DNA of 64,000 bases from the human T2T-CHM13v2.0 reference genome, Homo sapiens. The DNA is taken from NCBI RefSeq assembly GCF_009914755.1, contig NC_060936.1; one strand, written 5' to 3'. Below are positions 12,141 through 24,320 of the stretch, in pieces; position 1 is the stretch's first letter; each line of letters starts with the position of its first letter. A model generated the notes under the pieces. It worked only from the letters and a program-made list of their open reading frames with translations. It was not told the origin of the DNA and did not search any database. A program made the translations under genes and the position numbers.

Positions 12141-13964
12141 TGCCTCTCTGGGGAGTGGCACTAGGGCTCCCATCTTTACTTCTAGATGTTGAATATTCAA
12201 GATCTAGGCTTGCCTTGGTGTAAAAGCCACAGCAGTACCAGCCCAGGATCCTGAGGGTGCCAGGACTCAGCTGTCCTTGTAAGGCACTGCTTGGCACCCA
12301 GGACAAAATAGAGACAAATCTCCCATGGTGGGAAAGGTAAAGAGAGAATCCACTGAATATCAACTTTGAGAGGGGAGGAGAACCTTACGAGAAATTTTAA
12401 GAAATCTTCACCCTGGGGTCCTGATGGAGACTTAATCTCTGGCTGTGGCTAGAATTTGTTCTCAGGGCCTTAGACAAGAGTCAGAGTCCATTAGGGTGGA
12501 CTGGGAGGTGGCTAACATAGTAGACAATTATAAAGAAAGCTAGTATTCCTCTATTCCAATATTATCTGAATCACATTCATCCCTTCCTAAGTACTTGCAT
12601 CCCCTATCCCTGGGCGGTCACGTTGGCTCACCCGTGTCTGGGCCAGATAGCTGGGCTCCTACATTACTTGATTTCTGCCACCTTAAAGACACCATCAATT
12701 CTGCCTTCTTCTCTAGACATTTTTGCCCAAATCTCAGCTCCTGGTTTGTGTGAGCTCTTGGAGGATAGGCATTAAATTTGATTCCACAGCAAAGAGGCCC
12801 TGCCCTTGGCCACAAACCTTCATAAACATCCTATAAATGAATCCATGCGGTGGGTTAAACTTGAAAGACAAAAAAGTCAGGATTGCAAGGAAAAGCTGTT
12901 CTCCAAAGTCTTCACCTTCTAGAGACAAGTAACCAGAGGAATATTTGCCAGGGTGTGCCCTGGACACATAGTCCAGAGCAAGGGCTCTTAACCTGCCATT
13001 CATAGATGGGCTTCAGGGATGCTAAGTCCCCTAATAAATACTTCATGTGGAATTTGAGGCATTGGCACAAAAGTAGATTTTTCAGGGAAGAGGATCCAGA
13101 ACATTCATTTTGGGAATTGCTGCTTCAATGTGTGGAATAAAGGTCAGGGTAGAAGTGGGAAGGCAGCAAAGATGAAGCGGGTTTGGGGGTCAAGGAGGGC
13201 AGCATGGACTTCACAGGCTGTAAGCCAGGCTGTTTGTGACGGCAGCGGTGCAAAGCTGACTCGCAGAACACCTCATTCCTCAGCAGGAGCTCAGCCTTCT
13301 TTGTTCAGACCTGAGAAGCAGGCACAATACTTAACTGTTCCCACCTTTGTTGAGAATGTTAATATAGGTTGGGTCCAAGCTCCCCCAGGTGAGAACCACA
13401 TAGCATCTTTGGCATTGCCCTAGCTGGCAGCCACTGCCGTCACTCCATTTTGACCACCATCTATTTAACCCACCCCATTTTCCCTGTTTAGAAAGTAGAA
13501 TCTCAGGATAAGCCAGATCTTAAACTTTTCTTACTTTTCCTTAATTACATATATCAGTTCCTGCAGCCTGCCAAGCCTGAAATCCTCACAGAGCCCCAGA
13601 TCTAATAGGATTTGTTCTTTAAAAAGTCATTTTGAGGGTTCCTAGCCCTGGTCTCTTTAAGGTAACTGAAAGGTTTGATATTTTTTGCAACCTAGTATTT
13701 ATGCTTATGAGTTTGTAATTTCTAGCCATCATCTCTTTTTTCAAAGAAGGTTATACACTGGCTCTCAGAGATCTTTCCAGTCCTCTGTGATTTTCCCAAA
13801 TGGCAGCCTTTGGCCCTGCACTGGCCACTTCTTTGTTAAAGACATTTTAGAATCTGTCATGAAGACCTGGGGTTATTTATCATATTCTCCTTAATTAATG
13901 TTTTAAAATCCTCTCCAATTTTATGTTGGTCTTGTGTTCCCTAACTCATGCTAGAATCCAGATT

Positions 13965-14006
13965 ACACACCACACACACACACACACACACACACACGTG
14001 TGTGTG
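13965..14006. repeat. (CA)n-(GT)n compound microsatellite
   Basis: cacacac...cacgtgtgtgtg. Confidence 0.95.
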
Positions 14007-14444
14007 ATTGTATGTTAGTTACCAGTTCCCAATTATATTTCTAAGAAATTAAAGATATACTTCTTGTTCTTATGAAGATGGCTTTTACTGCTTTCCCTTT
14101 AATTTCTCATATAACTAAAGTTTTTCATTTTTTATTTCCTAATCATCTTTTCTAAATATAAAAATGATATGCTTTATTGTGGAAATTTTGGAAAGTAAAG
14201 ATAGAGAGGTAAAATGGTAATAATTGCATCGCTCCTAAAGTCTTAAATCTTTTGCATGATATGTCAATCTTTCTTCTCAGATTTCACAACTTTTACCATT
14301 TCTGAAGATGCCTACCTTCCCACTGAAGTGGCTTTCTTTTTAGAATAAGACCTTTGTTTATCCGAGCAGGATCCCTCCAGACTTTCTCATCTAGGAGAGC
14401 AAGCTGATCTCCTAAACTATCTCAAGGCACCTGCAGAGGAGAAA

Positions 14445-14710
14445 GAGCCCCGGACATGAGATTCAGAAAAGCTGGGCTTGAATTCTAGGTTTTTCTTCCT
14501 CTTGACGGCATAATTTTGGGCAATCATTAGAGCACTTTATATCACTAGAGTACTTTGTACCTCAATTTCCTCACCTTTAAAATAGGGTTAATAGTTCATG
14601 CCCAGAATTCCTCCTGGTGAGTTCTTGGGAAGACCAAATAATGTATGAGGAAGACAGTATATATGAGAAAGCTATTGACACACTATCAAGCTTTAGAAAT
14701 GTAAGTGATC
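14445..14710 (+). mobile_element. MIR
   Basis: ttgggcaatca...gtacctcaatttcctcacctttaaaataggg. Confidence 0.6.
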
Positions 14711-15149
14711 AATATTATTACATCCAATTTGGTTTGTCTTTGCCTCCGTTGTCTTCCTTCATTGAAAACCTTCCTTTTCTTTCTCAAGTTTTGGCTTGTT
14801 TTAGTTTTCCTTACAGTTTTTCATGTGTGATCAGTTCATGGTGACTTTGTCCTAGGCTCACTTGAAACTTTAAATCCTCAATTAATTGGTTTCCATTTGT
14901 ATCTTCTGCATTTTTGTACTAAAAATTCATGTTCTCTAAATATTCTAGAAACATGGCACCTCGTGGCCAGATTGTCTTTTCTTGCCAGATGTAATTTGAT
15001 GAGATACTCAAAGAAGTCAGACTTGATCTGGAAGCTTCTAATTCAGAAATGACTGCTGGCCCTCTACATGGGACAACTAAGCATCACACTGCACCACCCA
15101 AACTAGCTCTGATCGAATACCTAGTGGGTTGGAAACAGGGGAAGTCACG

Positions 15150-15360
15150 ATAATTAATATTTATACAATGCCTACTCTGTGACAAGTATTGTTGAAAGTG
15201 AAATAACTCACCTGATTCTCACAGTAACTCTAAAAACCCAGAATTATTAATACTCCATTTGATGGATAAGGAATCTGATAGTACAGAGAAATAAAGACAT
15301 TTTCCCAATAAATGAACAAGGGTCAGAACATAAACCCTGGCAGTATGACTCCTGAGTTCT
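15150..15360 (-). mobile_element. MIR
   Basis: atttatacaatgcctactctgtgaca...ctccatttgatggataaggaatctga. Confidence 0.6.
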
Positions 15361-15784
15361 TGCTCAGGAGAAAAACCACCATTTTCTGCCTCTGCCACCA
15401 TGTTACACTGCAGAAAGAAAGGTGGAGAAGACAGTAGCAGGGAAAATGTAAAAAACCCAAGATGACAGCAAGGAGCTGAGGAAGTACAAGTGCTGAAAAT
15501 ACAACTCATTTCACCTTCTGCATAACTCAACAATTACATTAATTACACTCCTGTGCATTTCTGGAAGACTGTCTTGGCTGTGTCCTATAGCTAATGAGCA
15601 CATCAGAAGAAAGAGGTCCACAAATCATTCACAGAAGTCCAGGTCCTAACCACCTTTCGAATCCTGCTGTGCACCCTTCTCTTTCTCCACTCTCTTCATT
15701 ATGTAGAACCAGACACACAGTATGTTTCTTTTAAGTCTCTGAGCATCAAGTCAACCATAAACATTTACTACAAAGCTTAGAGCA

Positions 15785-16000
15785 AAGAGTTTAAGAGTGT
15801 GAACTTGAGCCAAAACGCCCAGTTCAAATCCTGGTTGTGCCATTTAAGCAAAGCAAGCTTTTAATGTCTTCATGTCTTAGTATCCTCATCTGTGAAATGC
15901 AGATAAATTTACATACCTCTATGGATGTTTGAAAGGGTTAAATTGGTCAATTCATGGAAAGCACTAAGCACAGAACCTGTAGGTGCTCACAACAAAGTAG
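15785..16000 (+). mobile_element. MIR
   Basis: gttcaaatcctggttgtgccattta...tatcctcatctgtgaaatg...aaagcactaagcacag. Confidence 0.7.
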
Positions 16001-16009
16001 CAGCCATCC

Positions 16010-16310
16010 ATTAAACATCTATGGTGTGCCAGCATTCTGTTAGGCACACACCAGGACATGAGGGTGGATGCTGTTTCTCCCCTTGAGAAATTCACATCGG
16101 GAGGTGGGATGGATAGAGACACGATAGCAGTCCTTTCACATCCCAGGGTGGGCTATGGGAGCAGGAAGAGGCCAGTGATTCCAGTCTGTGGGCGACAGGA
16201 AGACCTGGAGCTGAGGATCCCTGAGCTGAAACTTGCAGGCATGAGGGGAGGTGGGGAGGGCACTGCAGTCAGAGCAAGAGGCATGAGCAAAGGCCTGGAG
16301 TGTAAATCAG
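16010..16310 (-). mobile_element. L2 fragment
   Basis: cattaaacatctatggtgtgccagcattctgttaggcac...catgagcaaaggcctggag. Confidence 0.55.
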
Positions 16311-16779
16311 CCTTTCACAGTATCCCTTGCCCCTGCCTGTGTCACCATCTCCATCTCTTTACTTCTTGGATCATGTAAAGATAAAAGATAAGCCTGGAAA
16401 AAACAGTTTCACACATAAAGCTAGAAAGATTAGTTTTGCTCTCCTTTCTGACAAGTATTTATCTAGTTTTCTCAATAAAATACTGTGAAAGAGAACCTGG
16501 GAAGGAGACATAGACCAAAGATTAAAAACTGCAGGTCACAATGTCTAGGTGCCACTCTGCATTCAGAATGCTGCGTACCTTGCCACTCACGGCATGTCTT
16601 GCCCATTAAATATTTTCCATTTTCTTGTTCACTGAGAGTGGATGCATTGAATTCAAGGCCACATCATACATTGAAAACTGGCTATTTGGAGCAGGATGCA
16701 GTTATTAATTATTATTTCATATAGCCCATGTGTATATTACGCTTATGGTTGAGGAGATTTTTTACATTTCCTCATTCAG

Positions 16780-16960
16780 TCCACAAAACGACATCTTTAC
16801 AGGGGTCAACACGATAACTGGCTCCCCTAAAGACCTCATTTTACAGATGAGGAAGTGAGTTCAGCAAGGTTGTATAGTTTGCCTGAGTCACACAGTGCTG
16901 GCCAGGGTGGGGCCAAGATGGGATCTGCTCAACAGGGCCAAAGACCAGTGCCTCTCTCCT
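16780..16960 (-). mobile_element. MIR
   Basis: ctcattttacagatgaggaagtgagttcag...gcctgagtcacacag. Confidence 0.7.
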
Positions 16961-18262
16961 CAATTCCACCTTGCTTCAAATTACTGAAAGGCCTTTCTAA
17001 AATATGCATGTGGTAAAGTTAAGGCACTCCATGTGGCACCAATATATATCCTCTTTCATAATAGAAAGAAAAGATATGGGGAATTTAACCTTTGTATTTT
17101 ATATTTATTTTCTATAAAACTGCCCTCTGAGTTAATAGCTGAAAGAGATATTTGAAACAAAACTAGCTCACTCACGTCCTTTTTGGAATTTCCTCTTTAA
17201 CAATGATGACCCCTGTTAATAGTAAAATCCAAGCACAAAGCCATACTTAGGACTGCCATTCTCTTGCACTTAACCATTAGTCTCTATTCAAAGGAGTAGT
17301 TTGCAAATGGGTTTGAGAAAGAAATAGATGCAAGAAAATGGAGAATCTTCAAAATGTCCAAGATTACATGATCAGAGAGAAGTAGATTGTTCCTTCCCTC
17401 TTAGAGGAACCAGAGTCTTCAGGTTCAGAGTTGAAATATATTTACAGAATGGTAGGGGTAGGCTAAGATGATGATACTCAGGCCTTAGCCATATGTGAAA
17501 TGAATGAGATGCTTATGGCCAGTACCATGAGTTTCTCATCCTTCATCCTCACTGAATTAAATTAAGGTCCAGAAATCAACTATTTTGTAGGGATCCATTT
17601 TTTCAGTTTAAAACAACTTTGCCTTTTACCAACAGCAAAGCCCCAAGAGAAGGGATCTAGAAGAAAATCACTTTAGCTGAAGTTTCCAAGTACAGGCTGT
17701 TTATGAGTTCCCTACATGCAACATAAACCTTTATCTTTTTTAACATGGAAGCAACTCTATATAATTTAAAGAGTCAGGGCTTAGAATCAGAAGATGTAAG
17801 TTGGAACCCTAGTTTGCTCCTTATAGCTGTGTAACATTCAGCTCTCTACTCCTCAGTTTATCTGAGAAACAGAAATAATGTCAGCCTTGTGGTGAGGATT
17901 GAGTAATGTGCATTAATATAATCTAGAAGATAATTGGCATAATCTAGAATATAATTTTCCATAGAAATTTGTCTCCAGCAAAGGCAAGGCAATTCCTCAT
18001 AGATAACTATATTTAGACTGACAGCAATAATTCTTAGCATTTTCATTCCACTTCTTGTCTTTAAAGGATATACAAATTCTGATTACATAATTCCAGGACC
18101 TTCTCACTCCTTTTCCTAATCTCTGTCTCAGTTGCGTAAATGCAGACTTATCAATAAACTAGATTGCCTGCAATGGTTACTGAAAGATCATTTATGAGTT
18201 TCAGTGTCAAACTTGAATTTTATGTTGAAATCAAAGCAGCTTTGTAAATGGGTACATAATAA

Positions 18263-18587
<325 letters not shown>

Positions 18588-19101
18588 TGAGATGAGCCTT
18601 GAGGAATGAACAGTATTTACATGGAATTTGAAAGGAAGGGCAATAGCATAATTAGTGATGAGAGAGAGCTTTTTGAAGAAATGTCCATATCGAACACAAT
18701 GTGAAAGGAAGCTCAAAGAACTGAGGCACTAAGGAATGAGTATATTTTCACTTCATCAGCCTAAAGCTGGCACTAAAGATACTTTCGTCTGTTCCACTCT
18801 AGTAAATCTCACCCAAAGCATTAAGAGGTGCTTTGATGGCAAGGAAATAGAAACATAAAAGGTATAAACATGTCAGCTTTATCTTCAATGCACGTTCATT
18901 TCCATCATCATCTTTACCAACAACCAATATTTTCTGAGCACTGACCATGTGCAGAGAGCACTCTGCTAACCACTGAGGACATAAAAGGACAAAGTCATAA
19001 ATCTTGTCCTCACAGGAAAATAAAAAATTAATAAATTTGATCACTTTAACAAATTTGATCACTTTTAAACAAAAGTGATTTCTCTTCTACATGCAGGCTC
19101 T

Positions 19102-19103
<2 letters not shown>

Positions 19104-19140
<37 letters not shown>
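19104..19140. repeat. (AC)n microsatellite
   Basis: Perfect AC run, ~18 units. Confidence 0.97.
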
Positions 19141-19141
<1 letters not shown>

Positions 19142-20492
19142 CCAGTATTTCTTTCTTCAAAAATCCAAAGGGTAGCATTCTCCTACTCAGGAAAGATCTT
19201 TCAAATCTGAGCACCTGTATTTGGCCAGGGTAGAATTTCTTCTGCAGTCCTTCTTCCTATGTGAACTGAAGGAAAAACCAGGATACAGATGTAAACAAAA
19301 TCAAATAAAAACTGAAATATTCTCCATTCCCCCTCAAGCTCAGAAACAATTCTGGAGCCTCTAACAAGGTGATGAGAGGAAGAACCACGAATCACAAAGA
19401 CAGCAATTGTGGCTCCACAGAGCTCACGGGTGAAACTGATCTATCTGCATGGTAACAAATTCCAGGGTAAAGGCTGCAGTAGCTCCATGATTTGGATGTT
19501 TTGCCTGTGTGGGGCCAGCCAGTAGATATTTGAAAAATTCAAATCGAGGAGTATGCGTCTTAGTTTTCTCCTAAATATTTAGTGCCTCACACCACCACAC
19601 AGCCCACCAAACACCAGAGTCCAAACCACACTCATACCCTTTCTCTTTTATCTTCAATGGCTATTAGCAGCTGTCCAAAAGAGAAGTAGTGTTTTTATTC
19701 TTTTATAGTTTGTCTTTTTAAAGACACGGATTCATAAATCTGGGTTTTTTCTTGCCTCTGTACATTTAGGTTCACATTTATTTTAAAACAGGGAAGAGAG
19801 TAAGCCAAAAAGGAAGGATGTGAGAAAACTATTAACCCAGCCAGCCTAATAATCAGTGATTAAAGTTACAGTCAGAGAAGAACGACATCTTGATGCCTCC
19901 TACCCTCTTCCTCCTCTGCGTGCCTTTAATATTCTACTTCAGGCACTGAGAGGGAGGGCAACAGGGCTAGTGAATTCCAACTAGCACTCAGATAATTGCA
20001 CCATTCACACCCCTCACCAATCAATCAAGGTCTGCTTAGCCAGCCCCATTTATTAATAGTTTTCCTACATTTACACTGTTACAAAGGACCGAAATGAGGT
20101 TTTTTCTCCGAAACAAGAAATGGGGCACCCTCAATAAAGACTAAGTGGAACAGAGGATGTTTGCAAAACCAAGAACTGCTCGCCCTATTTTGCAGCCACA
20201 CCTGTTTTAAGGGCGTCAGGAAAGCATTCTCCCTAAGTTTCCTAACTTTCAACACCAGGCCAGTGTTAGTGTTGAGAGAGCTTCCCTTAATTCAAACCCC
20301 AGTTCCACCCCTTGGGTGCAAGCTGTAGACTAAGTACCGTCATATCCCAACAGCATTTTTTTTTAACTTCTGGCCCAGGGACCCTCCACTAATCATAGAA
20401 CAGTTTAACAGTGACAAGGTCTTACCTTCATGTTAAAATGCTAGTGTAACATAATGTTTAGAGCTAACAGGTGCCTTGTCAATCATCTTGCC

Positions 20493-20718
20493 CAGTCATT
20501 CTCAAATATGGCTTCGCATTAGAATCCTGCAGGGAAGTTTTTTAAATGACCATCGCCTGAATCCCTCCCTGAGAGATTTCAATTTAACTCTTTGGGGTAG
20601 GGTCTGAGCATGGGCATCATTCTTTTCTTTGTTGTTATTCTTGTTTAGTTTTTTGTATTTGTTTTTGTTTAAGCTCTGTGGATGATTTTGTTATTGAAGT
20701 GGAGTTCAAAATCACTGC
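20493..20718. mobile_element. MER5B-like element inserted in a MIR
   Basis: cagtcattctcaaatatggcttcgcattagaatc...ggggtagggtctgagcatgggcat...aaaatcactg; MIR-like flanks. Confidence 0.6.
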
Positions 20719-23130
20719 TTCAGACTATTGTCACTTTATGGAAATTAGAAAATTGAGGTCCAGAGTCAACGGTTTGTACATGGTCACAGAATAAAGCAAC
20801 ACAAGCAGAATTAAATATAAGCTTCTGACTCCTAAGACCACCACCTCCTAAGACCACCACCTCTTTCATTATCATATAGGCAGCTACTGGACAGCCTGGA
20901 AAAACCTAACATTTTTAAAGACCCATTACATATAAAGAGAGAACTCCGGACTCTGATGCTATGTAGATGAGCAAATGCACACCACTGGCTGATTTAGGGC
21001 CATGCATTCCAAGGGGGCTCTTGGGGGCAGGGCACGGGAAAGGAAAGTACTGAAATGAGGGTCAGTGGACGTGGCTGACCACATTATGTGGCTTTAGGCC
21101 ACATGGCCAACCTTAGGACTATTTTCACAGTTTTTAAAGGGTGGTTGTCGAGGAGGACACGTAACCTCCAAGGTGACTGTCAGCATTATTGTTCTATTAT
21201 CCTGTGCCACACACATAGACCACATGCATTATTGTCCCTAAATTGCACACATTTAATGCATTTAAGATTTTGGGGCCTACTATATTTGGTAGGTAAGTCA
21301 CTGCACAAACATATCCATCCACACACAAGTCTAATATGCACAGGTGTGTGGGGGGTGTGTGGATTTGGATACATATCCAATACACTAATCTCGAATCCAA
21401 AGTACAAACTGCTATGGCATCTGTGTGACCAGACTACGGCCCCTAGAAGGTGGGAGGATTAGTTAAGAATGTCGGCCATTTTCACAGAGAACAATTAGCT
21501 ATGGGAAAAAGAATGAGCGTCCTCACCTGAGCTTCAGGCTTCTGAGACTCTCTTCTCCCTTCCTGTAACCATGTAGTGCTTTTATTCAGCCATTGTTTTT
21601 AAGTCCCCCCTCTTAAAAAGAAACAAGATCTGATTTCCTAAGAAATTCTATGTGGTTGAAGCCCTGAGTGGGTCTATATAAAGATTAATGGGAACTTTAA
21701 GCTTGACATTTCTTTCTAAAGAAAGAAATTTTCAGTCTGAGTGAGGCAGTGAGGAAAGACACAGAGGATGGCGTGTAGACAGCATAGTTTGCCGTTGGTG
21801 AGTTGAGTGAGCAGTTCAGAGGGTTAATTCATTGAAACTTTAATTGTCTTAATCTAGGAAGCTCCTCTACTACAGACTTTACGCTCCCCATCAAGCTGGG
21901 CTCCAAGGAGGGCCAAAGCCTGTAGCTTCTCTCTCCTTCCAGGTCTGCCATTCACAGAGAGCTGGCCCTGCTTCCCCTCCACCGCCTTCTCAGGGACCCT
22001 GGGCACAGCCTCATCACTGTGCCTCCCCTGCTCTGCCTCTCAAGTCCCCTTGGAATGCCTGACTCTTAGGTCAGTCAATGGTGGGAATTTACTCACCCAC
22101 ATATCTTCAGATCCAGGGTACTCTCTTTATATGTAATGCATCTTTAATAAGTCATCAGGCTGAGCTTAGGTTTCTTCTGCTAATGAAACAAATACAAACC
22201 ACAACATACAAAGAATGGTGAAAGTGTAGATAAATGGTAAAAGGATAAGGAGCAGAAAAAGATAGAAAATAAATTTAGGGAATCATCCATTTCAAGCCCA
22301 TCTTCCCTTAGGCACCAATGCTATAGTTTAATCAAGAGGTGACTGAAGGTGTCTCCCCAGCATCTCCACACCTGGACATCCCCAGGAGTAAAAACCTCTA
22401 AAATATCAAGCCACTCTAAATAGACTACCAAAAAGCATTTTGTGAATCCCCTAGGAATAATGGGATCCCTCTTCATCCATCACTCCCTTTGCCATTACAG
22501 AAAGCAGCTGGTGTCTGAAGGGCATGGCAACTTTTTACCTCCCTACTCCAGAAACACATGGGCTAGGCTGGTCCTTCATTCTGAGTAGCTTGGCCTGGGC
22601 TAGGATCCAGGTTTCCCTTTGGACACAAACCAACTAACAGCTGTCCCTTTCTTTGTAATGGCCATCAACAGAGTTAGCTGCAATCCAGTGGTCTAAGATG
22701 AAAACTGTATCATTTGCTCATTCTAGAGGCAAGTCTAATAAACAAGGCTAGGATTTCACTAACTATACAATCATGAAAGCAGAAATTAGAGCCTCTTCCT
22801 TCTTTTAAGACGACCCTGGCTTTATTCTCTAACCTTGTCATTTGTAATCTGAAATTCCTAATCAAAGAAGCAGCAAATTCCTGTGTTGTTCTTTTCCTTG
22901 AGTTAAGGGATGCAAGGAAGAGCGGGAGGCTTGCCTTTTACACCAACTTTCCTCTTCATATGCTTTCTGTCCTCCTAAAATGACCTGTCTTTCTGTATCC
23001 TATAAATCTCCTATTTTTTCCTCAAGACATAATTTAAATGTCAACCCCTCCATGAAGCCCTCCTCACTCTCCCAGATTTCTCTCCTTTTTAGATCTTACC
23101 TAAATATATAATTATCTCTTTATACATGTC

Positions 23131-23190
23131 CACACCACTAGATCCTGGGCTACACCACTAGATCCTGCTCCACACCACTAGATCCTGGCA
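23131..23190. repeat. 20-bp tandem repeat x3 within an L2 3' end
   Basis: (y)acaccactagatcctg x3. Confidence 0.9.
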
Positions 23191-23624
23191 GGTACAGACA
23201 GAGCTAACTCTTTTTCATAGCACAATATTCTTAAATGTTGTTGAATAATTGAACAAAGCAAAAGACATGAAAATAAATGAAGTTAAAAGAACAGTGTAAA
23301 AGAGACTAAGAGACATTAACAAAAAGATAAACTAAAAAGCAGGAGGACATAAGAAGAAAAAAAAGAAAGAGAGGAATCAGTTATGAGAAGCATCAGAATA
23401 AGAGAGCACAGAATGAAAAGAGAGCAGGCAAAAGATGTGCATAGGTGGAAAGAGTGAAAGAAGAGAGGAGATGGGTGAACTTAAATATACAGGTTTCTTT
23501 CTGATTTAAAAAACAAAACAAAAAAAGAAGTGCTGGAATCCCAAAAGTAGAATACAAGCACAACTGCCAATGTTCTGGTGCCAAGGCCACTAACCATGGT
23601 CTGTAATTAAAAGCAGGGATGGTG

Positions 23625-23780
23625 TAGACCTGTGAAGCGTGGTCCAGCAACTCTGGCGTCAACTGATAGCTCATTAGAAATGCAAAATGTGGAGCCCCAG
23701 CCCAGGTTTACTGAATTAGAATATGCAGTCTCACAAAATCTCCAGATGATTTTAATATACGATAAAGTTAGAGCAGCACT
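23625..23780. mobile_element. MER5A
   Basis: gtggtccagca...ctcattagaaatgcaaaatgtggagccccagcccagg...ctccagatgatt...agcactg. Confidence 0.8.
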
Positions 23781-23829
23781 GACGTAGATATTTAAAATCC
23801 ACAGATAACTCTGCATTTCACTCTAATCA

Positions 23830-24320
23830 ATGGCATGGTGTACAAAGCACTGGTGCTAAAGAAGTTATACAACCTTAGGAAAATCACTTAATGTCCCTGG
23901 ATCTCAGTTTCTTTATTAAATGAGAAGTTCAGAGTAGATGCTTTCTAAAGTATCACATAGCTCTGATATTCTTGATCTCATCTAACAACAAAATTTTAAC
24001 CCTTCCTAAACCCAACAGAACAAACAGGTAGCATCATCAACTAATTAATATCTCACTTCCTTTCTCTGTTCATTTATTTAACATTTTCTGATAATCTATT
24101 ATGTGCTAGTCACTACGCTAAGTACAAATGATTCTAAGATGAATAAAACATCTCTCCCTGCCCTTGAGGAGTGCACAAACTTCTTAGGGAAACAGGGCAT
24201 ATAAACAAAGTCAGGATAAACTAAGAAGCATGAGCACATGCTGGTGAAGACCAGAAAGGAAGGCAATTCCACAGCCTGGGGCAGCCATGGAGAGTTTCAC
24301 CAAGGGGACAAGGTAGACGT
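23830..24320. mobile_element. MIR3 (+, ~23830-23980) and L2 (-, ~24065-24320) fragments
   Basis: ccttaggaaaatcacttaa...tctcagtttc; ttcatttatttaac...ccctgcccttgaggag. Confidence 0.6.

Noticed and set aside
12290-12310. RE1-like TTGGCACCCAGGACAAAA
   Set aside because: Lacks the TCAG of the left half and the GC-rich end of the right half; too weak without ChIP data
23131-23190. Three ~17-bp repeats with short variable ends, superficially CRISPR-like
   Set aside because: Eukaryotic DNA, only 3-bp variable segments, no cas genes; simple tandem triplication within an L2
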